From: an uncultured Armatimonadetes bacterium
GTDB taxonomy: Bacteria; Armatimonadota; Hebobacteria; Hebobacterales; Hebobacteraceae
NCBI GenBank assembly: GCA_963716175.1
Contig: OY970296.1
Span: 4,384,001-4,448,000 of the forward strand
Length of the DNA stretch: 64,000 nt
Direction of reading: 5' to 3'
Shown here piece by piece: positions 22,214 through 31,276 of the stretch. Below the pieces are notes generated by a model. It was given only the letters and a program-made list of their open reading frames with translations, made no database searches and was not told where the DNA came from. Every line of letters starts with the position of its first letter. The first letter of the stretch is position 1. Both the position numbers and the translations under genes were made by a program.

Positions 22214-23272
22214 GTCGGCCACCGCATCCTGGTTCAGCCTTGAGGCTACCTCGACCAGGAGCTGGACCGTGTGGTCGAAGTCGGCCTCGTCTATGATCCC
22301 GGCGTGGGAGTGGACGTAGCGCGCCGGAGGGCCCAGGTAAAGCGTCGGGACTCCTTGACCGTGCACCTGCACCCGCGTGCCATCAGTCGTTCCCCGTTCC
22401 AAGGTCACGTATTGGAGGGGGATGCCCGTCTCCTCCGCCACCCGCGTCGTGAGCTCGCGGAGGCGCCGGTTCGGGATCATGCCCGAGTCCCGGATGCAGA
22501 CTGCGGGCCCTTTGCCCAGCTCAGAGTAGCCCCCGTCCTGCGTGCTGCCGGGAACGTCGTTGGCCACTGTGATCTCTGCCACTATCGCCGCCTGTGGGGC
22601 GACGGCAAAGGCGCTGGTCTGTGCCCCGTGGAGGCCGGATTCCTCCTGCGTGGTTCCCACCGCGTAGACGGTGTTCGGGTGATCGCGCTCGGCAAGGCGC
22701 CGGATCACCTCGATCACCATGGCGCAGCCGACGCGGTCGTCCCACGCCTTCCCGAGGAGCCGCCCACCGCCGAGCTCGACAAACGGGCTCCAGGGCGCTA
22801 CGGGATCGCCTGGCCGGACCCCCATCGCGAGCACCTGCTCGCGGCTCTTCGCCCCGATGTCGAGAAACATGTCCTTCATTGGTAGCGGTTTATTGCGCTC
22901 TTCCTCCGTCAGGAGATGGGGAGCACGCGCCCCGGTGAACGCGGTCACGTCACCGCTCCGCGTGCGTATCACCCACCGCTGAGCCACCATCACCTGGGAC
23001 CACCATCCCCCGGCAGTCACAAACCGCAAGAAGCCCTCGTCCGTGATCTGCCGCACGATCAGGCCCACCTCATCCATGTGCGCCGGCAGCATGACGCGGG
23101 GTTCGCTTGCGCTGCCCTGTTTCTTCGCGATCAGGCTGCCGAGCCGGTCATAGGTCACCTCGCAGAACGCGCCCAGCCGCCGGGCCATCAGCTGGCGCAC
23201 CTCATCTTCTGCTCCGGGCACCCCGAAAGCCTCGGACAGCTCGCGCAGCAGTTGACGGGTTTCGTCAGTCAT
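22193..23272 (-). CDS. M42 family aminopeptidase
   Basis: AHMDEVG, GKAWDDRVG, QEESG, GTTDG, RYVHS. Confidence 0.9.
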   Translation of the reverse strand: MTDETRQLLRELSEAFGVPGAEDEVRQLMARRLGAFCEVTYDRLGSLIAKKQGSASEPRVMLPAHMDEVGLIVRQITDEGFLRFVTAGGWWSQVMVAQRWVIRTRSGDVTAFTGARAPHLLTEEERNKPLPMKDMFLDIGAKSREQVLAMGVRPGDPVAPWSPFVELGGGRLLGKAWDDRVGCAMVIEVIRRLAERDHPNTVYAVGTTQEESGLHGAQTSAFAVAPQAAIVAEITVANDVPGSTQDGGYSELGKGPAVCIRDSGMIPNRRLRELTTRVAEETGIPLQYVTLERGTTDGTRVQVHGQGVPTLYLGPPARYVHSHAGIIDEADFDHTVQLLVEVASRLNQDAVADLTRFEP

Positions 23273-23403
23273 TGACACTGCTCCCTGGGAAGTCTCACCA
23301 TCAGTTGGGGGTGCGAGCGAGCGCTTGCACACCCGGTTTCACGGGTGTGGGAATTCCAGAGCCCGCGGGCGCGTTCCTGCCCCGCGGAGAGCCCCTGGCC
23401 GGA

Positions 23404-24417
23404 TCACGCAGGTGCGAGTGGAATCACCAGGTTCCACGTGCGCGTGCAGTGGTCGAACCCCCCGGGGCCGTCGCCGGTGGCGGCGAACAGGTGGGTGGGC
23501 CGGCCATCCTGGAGGAGCAGTTGCGGCCGTTCCACCGCCCCCTGCTCGGTGACGGTGCCGTCATCCCACACCACGCGGCGCGAGTAGGCCTTGGGCGGAT
23601 CGCCGAGCGCCCAGGTGATGCCATCCGGCGAGAGGGCGTGGATGCCGGCTCCCGGCTCGCCGCAGATCTCGCCGGTCATATCTTTGGCGATCATCTCGTA
23701 GTGATCCTCCGCCCACCAGACAAAAGGGTCTTCGACGTGGCCTGCGGGAAAGCTGAGCACCGGATCATCCACAACGCGATGGAAGGGCGCGCAGTGACTC
23801 TGCGCGCAGGCGAGACCGATGCGCAATCCCGCGGGCGTATTCGAACGATAGTAGAGGAAGATGGAGCCATCGGCCCGCAGGCAAGGAGCTGGGTTAGTCA
23901 CCACTGAGCCATCCCACTTGCCGGGGCGCGGGCGCAGGACCGGCTCATCTCGCCGCGTCCACGGGCCGTGCACCGAATCCGCGGTCGCCAGTCCGATGCG
24001 GAGGTTGCGGTAACATTCGCGGCCTTGCGGCAGCTCCCGGTGGAGCCGCTGCACCTCCGCAACCTCCGGTTTCTCTCCCGCGTAGGTGGACCCGATGTAG
24101 AAGAGCAGGTAGATTCCCCCGACACTGCGGATCGTAGGGTTATGGGTCATCTGCCCGTCCCAGTGCTCCGGTCCGCGTGCGGGCAGCACCACCTCCTGGA
24201 AAGTGTATGGGCCCTCGGGCGTGTTGGAGCTAGCACGCACCACCTCGGAATGCGTGAGATAGCCCGCGAAGAATGGGAGCGCCTTCGGCCAGCGGGAGGC
24301 GAACATGTGAAACCCTCCGCCCTCTCCCGCGATGACCGAGCCGCACCAGACCCAATGGTCCTCCTGGGCGAAGCCGCCGGCCTTGGGAGCGGGCAAGATG
24401 CGACCGATAAACGACAT
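23404..24417 (-). CDS. Five-bladed beta-propeller glycoside hydrolase (GH43/32-like)
   Basis: WVWCGS, HMFASRWP, HNPTI, NPAP, EDPFVW, ERPQLL. Confidence 0.75.
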   Translation of the reverse strand: MSFIGRILPAPKAGGFAQEDHWVWCGSVIAGEGGGFHMFASRWPKALPFFAGYLTHSEVVRASSNTPEGPYTFQEVVLPARGPEHWDGQMTHNPTIRSVGGIYLLFYIGSTYAGEKPEVAEVQRLHRELPQGRECYRNLRIGLATADSVHGPWTRRDEPVLRPRPGKWDGSVVTNPAPCLRADGSIFLYYRSNTPAGLRIGLACAQSHCAPFHRVVDDPVLSFPAGHVEDPFVWWAEDHYEMIAKDMTGEICGEPGAGIHALSPDGITWALGDPPKAYSRRVVWDDGTVTEQGAVERPQLLLQDGRPTHLFAATGDGPGGFDHCTRTWNLVIPLAPA

Positions 24418-24663
24418 GCTTTGGGTCTCCTTCGCGTTCGCCGCGTACGCCGTCCTGATACGGGCCGCCCGTTAAGGCGTATCTGCAGCATTCGATCAGC
24501 CCCTGGTGTTCGCCTTTCGCACCAAGAGTCTCTAACAGAACCCGGTATCAGGCTATATCAAAGCCACCGGAACTGCGCTCAGCGCACGCTAGCCGGGTCT
24601 TGATCTAGCCTCTAAGTCCGGCTCCGTCCCGCCGCCTCCTGGCTCGGGGTCCCTGTGCAGATG

Positions 24664-24795
24664 CTAGAGCGCATTTCATAACCTACCGGCTGGCTGGCCG
24701 CACCACGCCCTCGCATGAAATGCGCCTGCCACGGCCTGACGTTGTGCAGCGCTGTTTCATAACCTCCCCTGGGAAGGTTATGAAACAGCTTCTAG
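24664..24795. mobile_element. MITE-like element, copy 2 (132 bp, CTAG at both ends)
   Basis: CTAGAGCGCATTTCATAACCTACC ... GGTTATGAAACAGCTTCTAG; imperfect terminal inverted repeats shared with 9523-9572. Confidence 0.6.
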
Positions 24796-24880
24796 ACACA
24801 GTTGGACGGCTGCTGTACGCTGACGCGCTAGCACTGAAACCCCTCGGCCGCTATACTGTCGCCTGTGACCACCCCGGGTT

Positions 24881-25714
24881 ATGCCACATGGTGAGGACCC
24901 ACTGTTGAGACCGTGGGTCGCACTGGTATATTCGTTCCTGTTCGGGCTCCTGCACGGTGTGCTGCCTGATGAGCACACCTGGCCCATCACTTTCAGCTAT
25001 GCCATCGGAGGCGCCAGCGGAAAAGCCGGCATGAAGGCCGGACTCTACTTCTCCGCCGCCTTCACGGTGCAGCGCGCCCTGCTCTCCGAGGTGTCCTACC
25101 TGGCGCTGGCCCCCTTGCTGCTCAACCCCAACATCAACGGCACCGTCTTCATCGTGGTCGGGATCGCGATGTCCGTCGCCGGGGCCATCCTGATCGGCCG
25201 CAGCGCCCATCCCCATCCCCACTTGCTCGGCCGTCACGACGCGCAACTCCATGCCATCGAGGAGGCCGCGGGGCCACAGGAGGCGACCCCAGTGCATTGG
25301 ACCATCATCCATGGCTTCATCGCCGGCTTCGGCTTCGAGGGCTTCTCCGTGTTCGTCAATACCGTCGCCGCGCCTGCCATGCCCAACGCTTGGTTGGGGT
25401 TCGTGCCGGGGCTGCTCTTCGGCCTGGGAACGATGCTGGTGCTGGCCGTGATGGGAGCGCTGTTCGGGTCGCTGCTGCGCTGGGCGCGCTCGCTAACCGA
25501 GCAGCAGATCACCCGCATCGGGCACGAGACTGGATCCAGAACGCTGTTCTACGGCGGACTGCTCTTCATCGGCTTCGGCGGAGCGACCCTGCTCGGGTGG
25601 GATCGTCGTCTGCCGGTGGAGGCTGGTTACTTCCTGATCGGCCTGTTCCTGGTTGGGGTGGTCGTCCCCGCGTTCATCTACTCTTGGCGGCGAGCGATTG
25701 CGGTCAGGCAGTGA
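24881..25714 (+). CDS. Nickel/cobalt transporter or UreH/DsbD-like membrane protein
   Basis: GLLHGVLPDEHTWP, His-rich loop, HGFIAGFG, FGLGTM; multiple TMs. Confidence 0.65.
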   Translation: MPHGEDPLLRPWVALVYSFLFGLLHGVLPDEHTWPITFSYAIGGASGKAGMKAGLYFSAAFTVQRALLSEVSYLALAPLLLNPNINGTVFIVVGIAMSVAGAILIGRSAHPHPHLLGRHDAQLHAIEEAAGPQEATPVHWTIIHGFIAGFGFEGFSVFVNTVAAPAMPNAWLGFVPGLLFGLGTMLVLAVMGALFGSLLRWARSLTEQQITRIGHETGSRTLFYGGLLFIGFGGATLLGWDRRLPVEAGYFLIGLFLVGVVVPAFIYSWRRAIAVRQ

Positions 25715-25831
25715 CCCGTTGGTGGGAGCCCGGTCCTCCGGGCGATGCGAATCGCCTCGGGGACGAGGCCCCCACAGCGCGCCTGGGGCGGCGGAGGATG
25801 AGCATCCCCGCGTCACCGGAGGAGGGATCAA

Positions 25832-27295
25832 GTGATGGCAGCTATCATGCTTGGTCGAGAGGAATACCGCGATAGGGTGTACGCCTGCTGGCTCGGCAAG
25901 AATATCGGTGGCACCTTGGGCACTCCGTTCGAAGGGCAGCCCTATGTGAACAACCTGAGCTTCTTTGACCCGGTGCCGACGGAGCCGCTCCCGAATGACG
26001 ACCTCGACCTGCAGCTGGTATGGCTGAAGATGCTGGAGGACCGAGGCACCGAGGTGGGACTGCCCGACTTCGCCGCCTACTGGATGAAGCATGCCGCCGC
26101 CTACCCATGGAACGAATACGGGTTCTGCGCGCGCAATCTCACGCGCGGTCTGAGGCCGCCGGTGAGCGGGTGGTTCGAGAACTACTATGTGGATGAGATG
26201 GGTTCGCCGATCCGAAGTGAAATCTGGGCCTGCATCGCGCCGGCCCATCCCCAGCGCGCGGCCGCGCTGGCGTGGATGGACTCGGCGATGGACCACGCCG
26301 GCGGCGAGGGCATGTGGGGCGAGATGTTCTGGGCGGCGGTGGAAAGCGCCGCGTTCGTGAACAACGACCCGCTCACCCTGATCAACATCGGGCTGGCCAT
26401 GATCCCTCCATCCTGCAACATCGCCCGGGTGATCCGGGAGGTGGTTTGGATGCGGCAGAACGGCGTGCGCTGGTCGGAAGCGCGCGAGCGCATCGTGCGC
26501 ATCTACGGCAGCGCGCAGCCCTGCAGCGCCATTCAGAACCACGGCTTCACGGTGATAGGATGGCTCTATGGCGACGGATTCGGAGACCAGTTGTGCCAGG
26601 CGGTCAACTGCGGCTATGACACTGACTGCACCGGGGCCACGCTCGGCGCCCTGCTCGGCCTCCTTGGCGGCACCCGCGCCATCCCGAAAGAGTGGAGCGA
26701 TCCGGTGGGCAAGAGCATCGTGCTGCACCGGTATACGCAGGGCCTGGACGCGCCGAGAACGCTGGAGGAGCTGACCCACCGCACCGAGGCAGTGGCGGCG
26801 CGGTTCCTGGCAAGCGACTCGGCACAGATAACGATGGGCGCGAAGACCGCGGTCGGTGACCGCACGCTGCCGCTGCTGTTCCGCAACGACCTCGCCATGT
26901 CGGCAGCGCGCCAGGACCTGCGCGCGGGCACCGCGCGGGACCGCGACCTGGAGATCACGCTGCACTACGGCGGCGATCCAGTGCTGTACCCGGGCCTTAC
27001 GCGCACCATGTCGGTGACCTGCCGGAAGAGCGGGCAGCCGATCCCCATCTCGCAGGTGAAGGCCAGCGCGCCCGGCGGGTGGCGCGTCGCCCCGAACGCG
27101 GCCACGTTCGAGGTGACGGCGCCGCGCTTTGAGGGGATCGAGTCGCTCAGGGTATCAGTCGCGATCGACGGCGATCGCTACGGGGCCGACTTCGCGGTGC
27201 TCAGCCCCAATGAGGCCCGAGGGTTCCCCAGCGCGCGAAATGTGGAGACGTGCCCGAGGTGCCACGCGCGGGTCGAGGCCTGCATCTGTGCCTGA
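25832..27295 (+). CDS. ADP-ribosylglycohydrolase family protein
   Basis: GKNIGGTLG, PNDDLD, MGSPIRSE, GYDTDCTGATLG. Confidence 0.85.
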   Translation: MMAAIMLGREEYRDRVYACWLGKNIGGTLGTPFEGQPYVNNLSFFDPVPTEPLPNDDLDLQLVWLKMLEDRGTEVGLPDFAAYWMKHAAAYPWNEYGFCARNLTRGLRPPVSGWFENYYVDEMGSPIRSEIWACIAPAHPQRAAALAWMDSAMDHAGGEGMWGEMFWAAVESAAFVNNDPLTLINIGLAMIPPSCNIARVIREVVWMRQNGVRWSEARERIVRIYGSAQPCSAIQNHGFTVIGWLYGDGFGDQLCQAVNCGYDTDCTGATLGALLGLLGGTRAIPKEWSDPVGKSIVLHRYTQGLDAPRTLEELTHRTEAVAARFLASDSAQITMGAKTAVGDRTLPLLFRNDLAMSAARQDLRAGTARDRDLEITLHYGGDPVLYPGLTRTMSVTCRKSGQPIPISQVKASAPGGWRVAPNAATFEVTAPRFEGIESLRVSVAIDGDRYGADFAVLSPNEARGFPSARNVETCPRCHARVEACICA

Positions 27296-27347
27296 CGACG
27301 CGGCAGCGAAGGACCGCCCAGCATCCCACTACGAGGGAGAGCGCCGA

Positions 27348-28625
27348 ATGGACGTGATCGCTGACGTGGAGGTTGCGGTTGCCGGCGGGGGACCTGCCGG
27401 AGTGGGCGCGGGGTTGGCGGCGGCGCGGGGCGGCGCGCGGACGCTACTGTTCGAGCGCTACGGGTTCCTGGGCGGCGTGGGGGCCCATGGGATGGGCATG
27501 CCCATCAACCAGATGCGGCCGGGCGGGTGCAGCCGGAGCGCGGTGCACGAACTCGTCGTGGACCGGGTGTGCGCGTATGGCGAGGAAGCTGGACGGATGG
27601 TAGACCACTCTCTCGTGTGCAACGTGGACTATCTGAAAGTTGGCCTCCTGGACGCCCTGGAGGAAGCCGGATGCGACTATCTGCTTCACTGTCGGGTGGT
27701 GGACGCGATAGTCGAGCACGGCCGGCTCACGGGGGCTGTCGTAGCCACCAAGGCCGGGCTGGTCCAGGTCAGGGCCAAGGCCTTCGTGGACGCGACCGGG
27801 GATGCCGACCTGGCGCACTATGCAGGAGCAGAGACCTGGAAGGGGCGGGAGGGAGATGGGTTCCTCTCGCCCATGACGCTGTGCTTCATCGTTGCCAATG
27901 TGGACGTAGACCAGGCAAGAGCGTTCGCCGACCGCGACGAAGACTTCCGCGGCCTGCTGGCCCGGGCGCGCAGCCAGTATCCCCTCCTGCCTGAGTCCAT
28001 GATCCTGGAGAAAGGCCCTTTTCCGCTGCGCAACCATGTTGTCATCAACCACGCCGGCACCAGGGCCCGGGGCGCGCTGGATGGGACTGACGCGAGGGAG
28101 ATGACCGAGGCGGAGCGGTTCAGCCGCCGCCAGGTGTTGCAGATGGTCGCTGCGCTCCGCGAGTTCGGCGGCAGCACCTTCCGGAACGCGCAGCTCGGCG
28201 CGGCCGCGGCGCAGGTCGGGGTGCGGGAGACCAGGAGGGTGAAGGGCATATACGCCTTGACGGAAGAGGACGCGATGTCCGGCCGGCGCTTCGATGATGC
28301 GGTGGCGTGGCGCAGCGGCTGGCTGGACATCGGGTGGACGCGTTGGGAGCCGATGAAGGTCCACGATGTACCGTACCGGGCGCTGGTGCCCGAAAGGCTG
28401 GACGCTCTACTGGTAGCTGGACGCTGCATTTCGGCCACGCACGTGGCCGCCTCCTCCGGCAAGAGCATGGGCAACTGCATGGCGACAGGCCATGCCGCAG
28501 GGTTGGCCGCGGCACTGTGCGCCCAGAAGGGCTGTGTGCCCCGCGAGCTGGACGTCGCGCAACTCCGGGCGGCGCTGTCCAGCGATGGGGTAGACCTCCA
28601 TTGGGACGGGGAGAATCGGCCGTGA
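27348..28625 (+). CDS. FAD-dependent oxidoreductase
   Basis: VAGGGPAG, VDATGDADLA, VGVRETRR, VPYRALVP, LVAGRCIS. Confidence 0.9.
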   Translation: MDVIADVEVAVAGGGPAGVGAGLAAARGGARTLLFERYGFLGGVGAHGMGMPINQMRPGGCSRSAVHELVVDRVCAYGEEAGRMVDHSLVCNVDYLKVGLLDALEEAGCDYLLHCRVVDAIVEHGRLTGAVVATKAGLVQVRAKAFVDATGDADLAHYAGAETWKGREGDGFLSPMTLCFIVANVDVDQARAFADRDEDFRGLLARARSQYPLLPESMILEKGPFPLRNHVVINHAGTRARGALDGTDAREMTEAERFSRRQVLQMVAALREFGGSTFRNAQLGAAAAQVGVRETRRVKGIYALTEEDAMSGRRFDDAVAWRSGWLDIGWTRWEPMKVHDVPYRALVPERLDALLVAGRCISATHVAASSGKSMGNCMATGHAAGLAAALCAQKGCVPRELDVAQLRAALSSDGVDLHWDGENRP

Positions 28626-28882
28626 AGGCCCCGCGGTGACGGCTGCTCAGAGCGTGTCGCCCGGAGCGTCGGGGCCGGCGCTCCGGCTCCGCGACTGAAG
28701 TCTCCGCACGCCGCGACTCGGCCAGTAGGGCAGGTCCGCGACCTGTCCCCTGCAGTGGGCGGCGTCGTAGGCGGGGCGCGGAAGGGAGCCGGTCTTCTCT
28801 GCCGAAGACCACGCGGCGGGAATGGGGTGGGGCAGATACCCGTCGTTGGTCGTTCACTTGCGTTGTTCGGAGGGGCCGGACC

Positions 28883-29776
28883 GTGGACACGATCACGCCC
28901 AGTCAGCTCTACGCCTGGTGCAAGATCCCCTATCAGGAACTCGAGGGTCATCCCGCCCTGAAGATCCCGTTCCGCCTGTGCGCAGACTCCCAGGAGATGG
29001 GCCGCCTCATGGCCCGGGAACTGGTAGACGAGATCAAGGCCGGCAACGCCCAAGGAAGGAGCACGCGCGCCATCATCCCGTGCGGGCCGACGTGCTGGTA
29101 TGAGCCGTTCGCCCGACTGGTCAACCAGGAACGCGTGGGCCTGCGGGACCTCGTCGTCTTCCACATGGACGAGTGCCTGGACTGGCAGGGGCGCGAGCTG
29201 CCTCGCAAGCATCCCTACAGTTTCCGCGGCTTCATGGAGGAGTGGTTCTACCATCCGGTGGCCCCCGAGCTGGCGGTGCCGGAGGCGAACCGGCACTGGC
29301 TCGACGCCAGCAGCGTGGAGGTGGTCAGGAAGCGGATCCGCGAGGCGCCCGTGCACATCGCCTATGGCGGGTGGGGCCAGGACGGGCACGTCGCCTACAA
29401 CCAGACGCGCCGCCATCCCTTCAGCCACATCACGCGCGATGAGTTGCGCAACTCCACCGTTCGCGTGCAGAACAACAACCTGGACACCATCCTGGCGCTG
29501 GCGCAGCGCACGTTCGGCGCCGCCTACCAGTTCGTGCCGCCCATGTCGGTGACTCTGGGCATGAGCGAGGTGCTCTCCGCCATCAAGGTCCGGCTGTTCA
29601 GCGACACGGGCGCCTGGAAGCAGACCGCGCTCCGCGTCGCGCTCTTCGGCCCGATCACTCCCGAGTACCCCATCACGCTGCTGCAAGAGCATCCCGATGC
29701 GCTGCTCACCGCAACGGTCGAGACCGCCCGCCATCCCATCAGCGAGCACCCGGAATGGGACCTGAGAGTGGGCTGA
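28883..29776 (+). CDS. Glucosamine-6-phosphate deaminase-like (NagB fold) protein
   Basis: IIPCGP, FHMDE, GGWGQDGHVAYN, VTLGM, YPITLLQEHP. Confidence 0.8.
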   Translation: MDTITPSQLYAWCKIPYQELEGHPALKIPFRLCADSQEMGRLMARELVDEIKAGNAQGRSTRAIIPCGPTCWYEPFARLVNQERVGLRDLVVFHMDECLDWQGRELPRKHPYSFRGFMEEWFYHPVAPELAVPEANRHWLDASSVEVVRKRIREAPVHIAYGGWGQDGHVAYNQTRRHPFSHITRDELRNSTVRVQNNNLDTILALAQRTFGAAYQFVPPMSVTLGMSEVLSAIKVRLFSDTGAWKQTALRVALFGPITPEYPITLLQEHPDALLTATVETARHPISEHPEWDLRVG

Positions 29777-29803
29777 GCCAGCCGATCTGCCCGTGGCGAC
29801 GGA

Positions 29804-30877
29804 GTGGAACCCACAGTGTCAGCTCTGCACGTTGACGTGAACCGGCTGCGCTACCGGGCCCTGATCGGGACCGGCGGCATTGGCTCGGGTGTGTTCTTCT
29901 TGCTCGACGGGAACCACACGCTGGGCCGCGAGGAGAGCCGCGGCGGGCGCTTCCTCGACCGGCGCGATTACTGCAAGCTCCACATCGTCGCACATTACGT
30001 GCAGACCCTGCTCGGCCCGGGGTTCGAGACGATCCCAGTGGGCAAGGTGGGCGATGACGATGTCGGCACGAAGCTGCTGGCGGAGATGGCCGAGGTTGGG
30101 ATGAACATGCGATACGTCGCCGCGTCGCCGGGAGACCCGACTCTGTACTCCTTCTGCTTCGTCTATCCCGACGGCTCGGGCGGCAACCTCACCACCGACG
30201 ACTCGGCCTGCTCCAAGGTCGGTGCCGCGTTCATCCGAGAGGCGGAGCCGGAGTTCGTCCGCCATGCCGGGGCCGGGATCGCGCTGGCCGCTCCCGAGGT
30301 GCCGCTGGAGGCGCGCAGCGTGGTGCTGGACCTGGGCACGACGCACGGCTTCTTCCGCGTGGCCTCTTTCACGGCCGCGGAAATGCCCGCCGCGGTCAGC
30401 TCCGGGATGCTGCGGAAGCTGGACCTGCTAGCCATCAACGTCACCGAGGCCGCGGCGGCCGCCGGGTTATCTCTTGCCGGCGATGAGCCCGCGCCGGAGG
30501 TCGCCGCGGCCGCCGTCGGGCGACTGAGTGAGGCAAACCCCGGCTTGCTCATTTCGATCACCGCGGGCGCGCAGGGAAGCTGGTCCTGGGATGGATCGTC
30601 GCTCGCACACGTGGGGGCACTGGCAGGAGGCAAGCTCCTGCCCAACGTGCAAGGCACTGCGGGCGCCGGTGACGCCTACCTGTCAGGGCTTATCGTCGGG
30701 CTCACGGCCGGCCTGCCTCTCGCTGATGCACACGAACTGGCGGCGCTGGTGGCCGGCCTCTCGGTGACCTCACCGCACACGATCAACAAGGCCATCGGCC
30801 CGGAGAGCCTGCGTGCGTTCGCCACCGAGTCCCGCGCCCGCATCTCCGATCGAGTCCGCGGCTTGCTGGAGGTCTGA
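29804..30877 (+). CDS. PfkB-family carbohydrate kinase
   Basis: VGKVGDDDVG, ITAGAQGS, GTAGAGDAY. Confidence 0.8.
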   Translation: MEPTVSALHVDVNRLRYRALIGTGGIGSGVFFLLDGNHTLGREESRGGRFLDRRDYCKLHIVAHYVQTLLGPGFETIPVGKVGDDDVGTKLLAEMAEVGMNMRYVAASPGDPTLYSFCFVYPDGSGGNLTTDDSACSKVGAAFIREAEPEFVRHAGAGIALAAPEVPLEARSVVLDLGTTHGFFRVASFTAAEMPAAVSSGMLRKLDLLAINVTEAAAAAGLSLAGDEPAPEVAAAAVGRLSEANPGLLISITAGAQGSWSWDGSSLAHVGALAGGKLLPNVQGTAGAGDAYLSGLIVGLTAGLPLADAHELAALVAGLSVTSPHTINKAIGPESLRAFATESRARISDRVRGLLEV

Positions 30878-30878
30878 T

Positions 30879-31190
30879 ATGAGCGTGACCATGCGCATCA
30901 TGCAGCGGTTCGACCCCCGTTACGAGAAGGAGTTCATGGAACTGGAGAGGCAGTTCGCCCTGCTCGAAGCAGAGCGGCCCGACTATCCGAAGGGGAAGAG
31001 GATGCAGCCGATAGCGGCCGGCGAGCCTTGCAACACCTTGATCTGGCAGGCTGAGTTCCCCGATCTCGAATCGGCCCACAGGGCGCTCGGCTTCTTCCAG
31101 GGCGACCCCGCTCACGAGGCGCTCTTCGCCAAGCAGGTGCCGTACTTCCTGGACGTGCGAGTGGAGTTCTACCGCAACCTAGAGGTCTGA
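30879..31190 (+). CDS. Small hypothetical protein (dimeric alpha/beta-barrel-like)
   Basis: 103 aa, closely coupled to upstream stop; NTLIWQAEFPDLESA pattern. Confidence 0.55.
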   Translation: MSVTMRIMQRFDPRYEKEFMELERQFALLEAERPDYPKGKRMQPIAAGEPCNTLIWQAEFPDLESAHRALGFFQGDPAHEALFAKQVPYFLDVRVEFYRNLEV

Positions 31191-31276
31191 CCATTCGGCG
31201 GATAGAAGCTGTGCGAACGCGGCAGCCTGCCGGCCGCCGGGTCGGGCTGCTGCTGATCACCTCGGAGGTGGTGCTC

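Noticed and set aside
27818-29749. Long antisense ORFs (also 17591-19198, 59612-61405, 4737-6191, 25493-26965)
   Set aside because: Shadow ORFs of real genes, typical of high-GC DNA, with no recognisable motifs.
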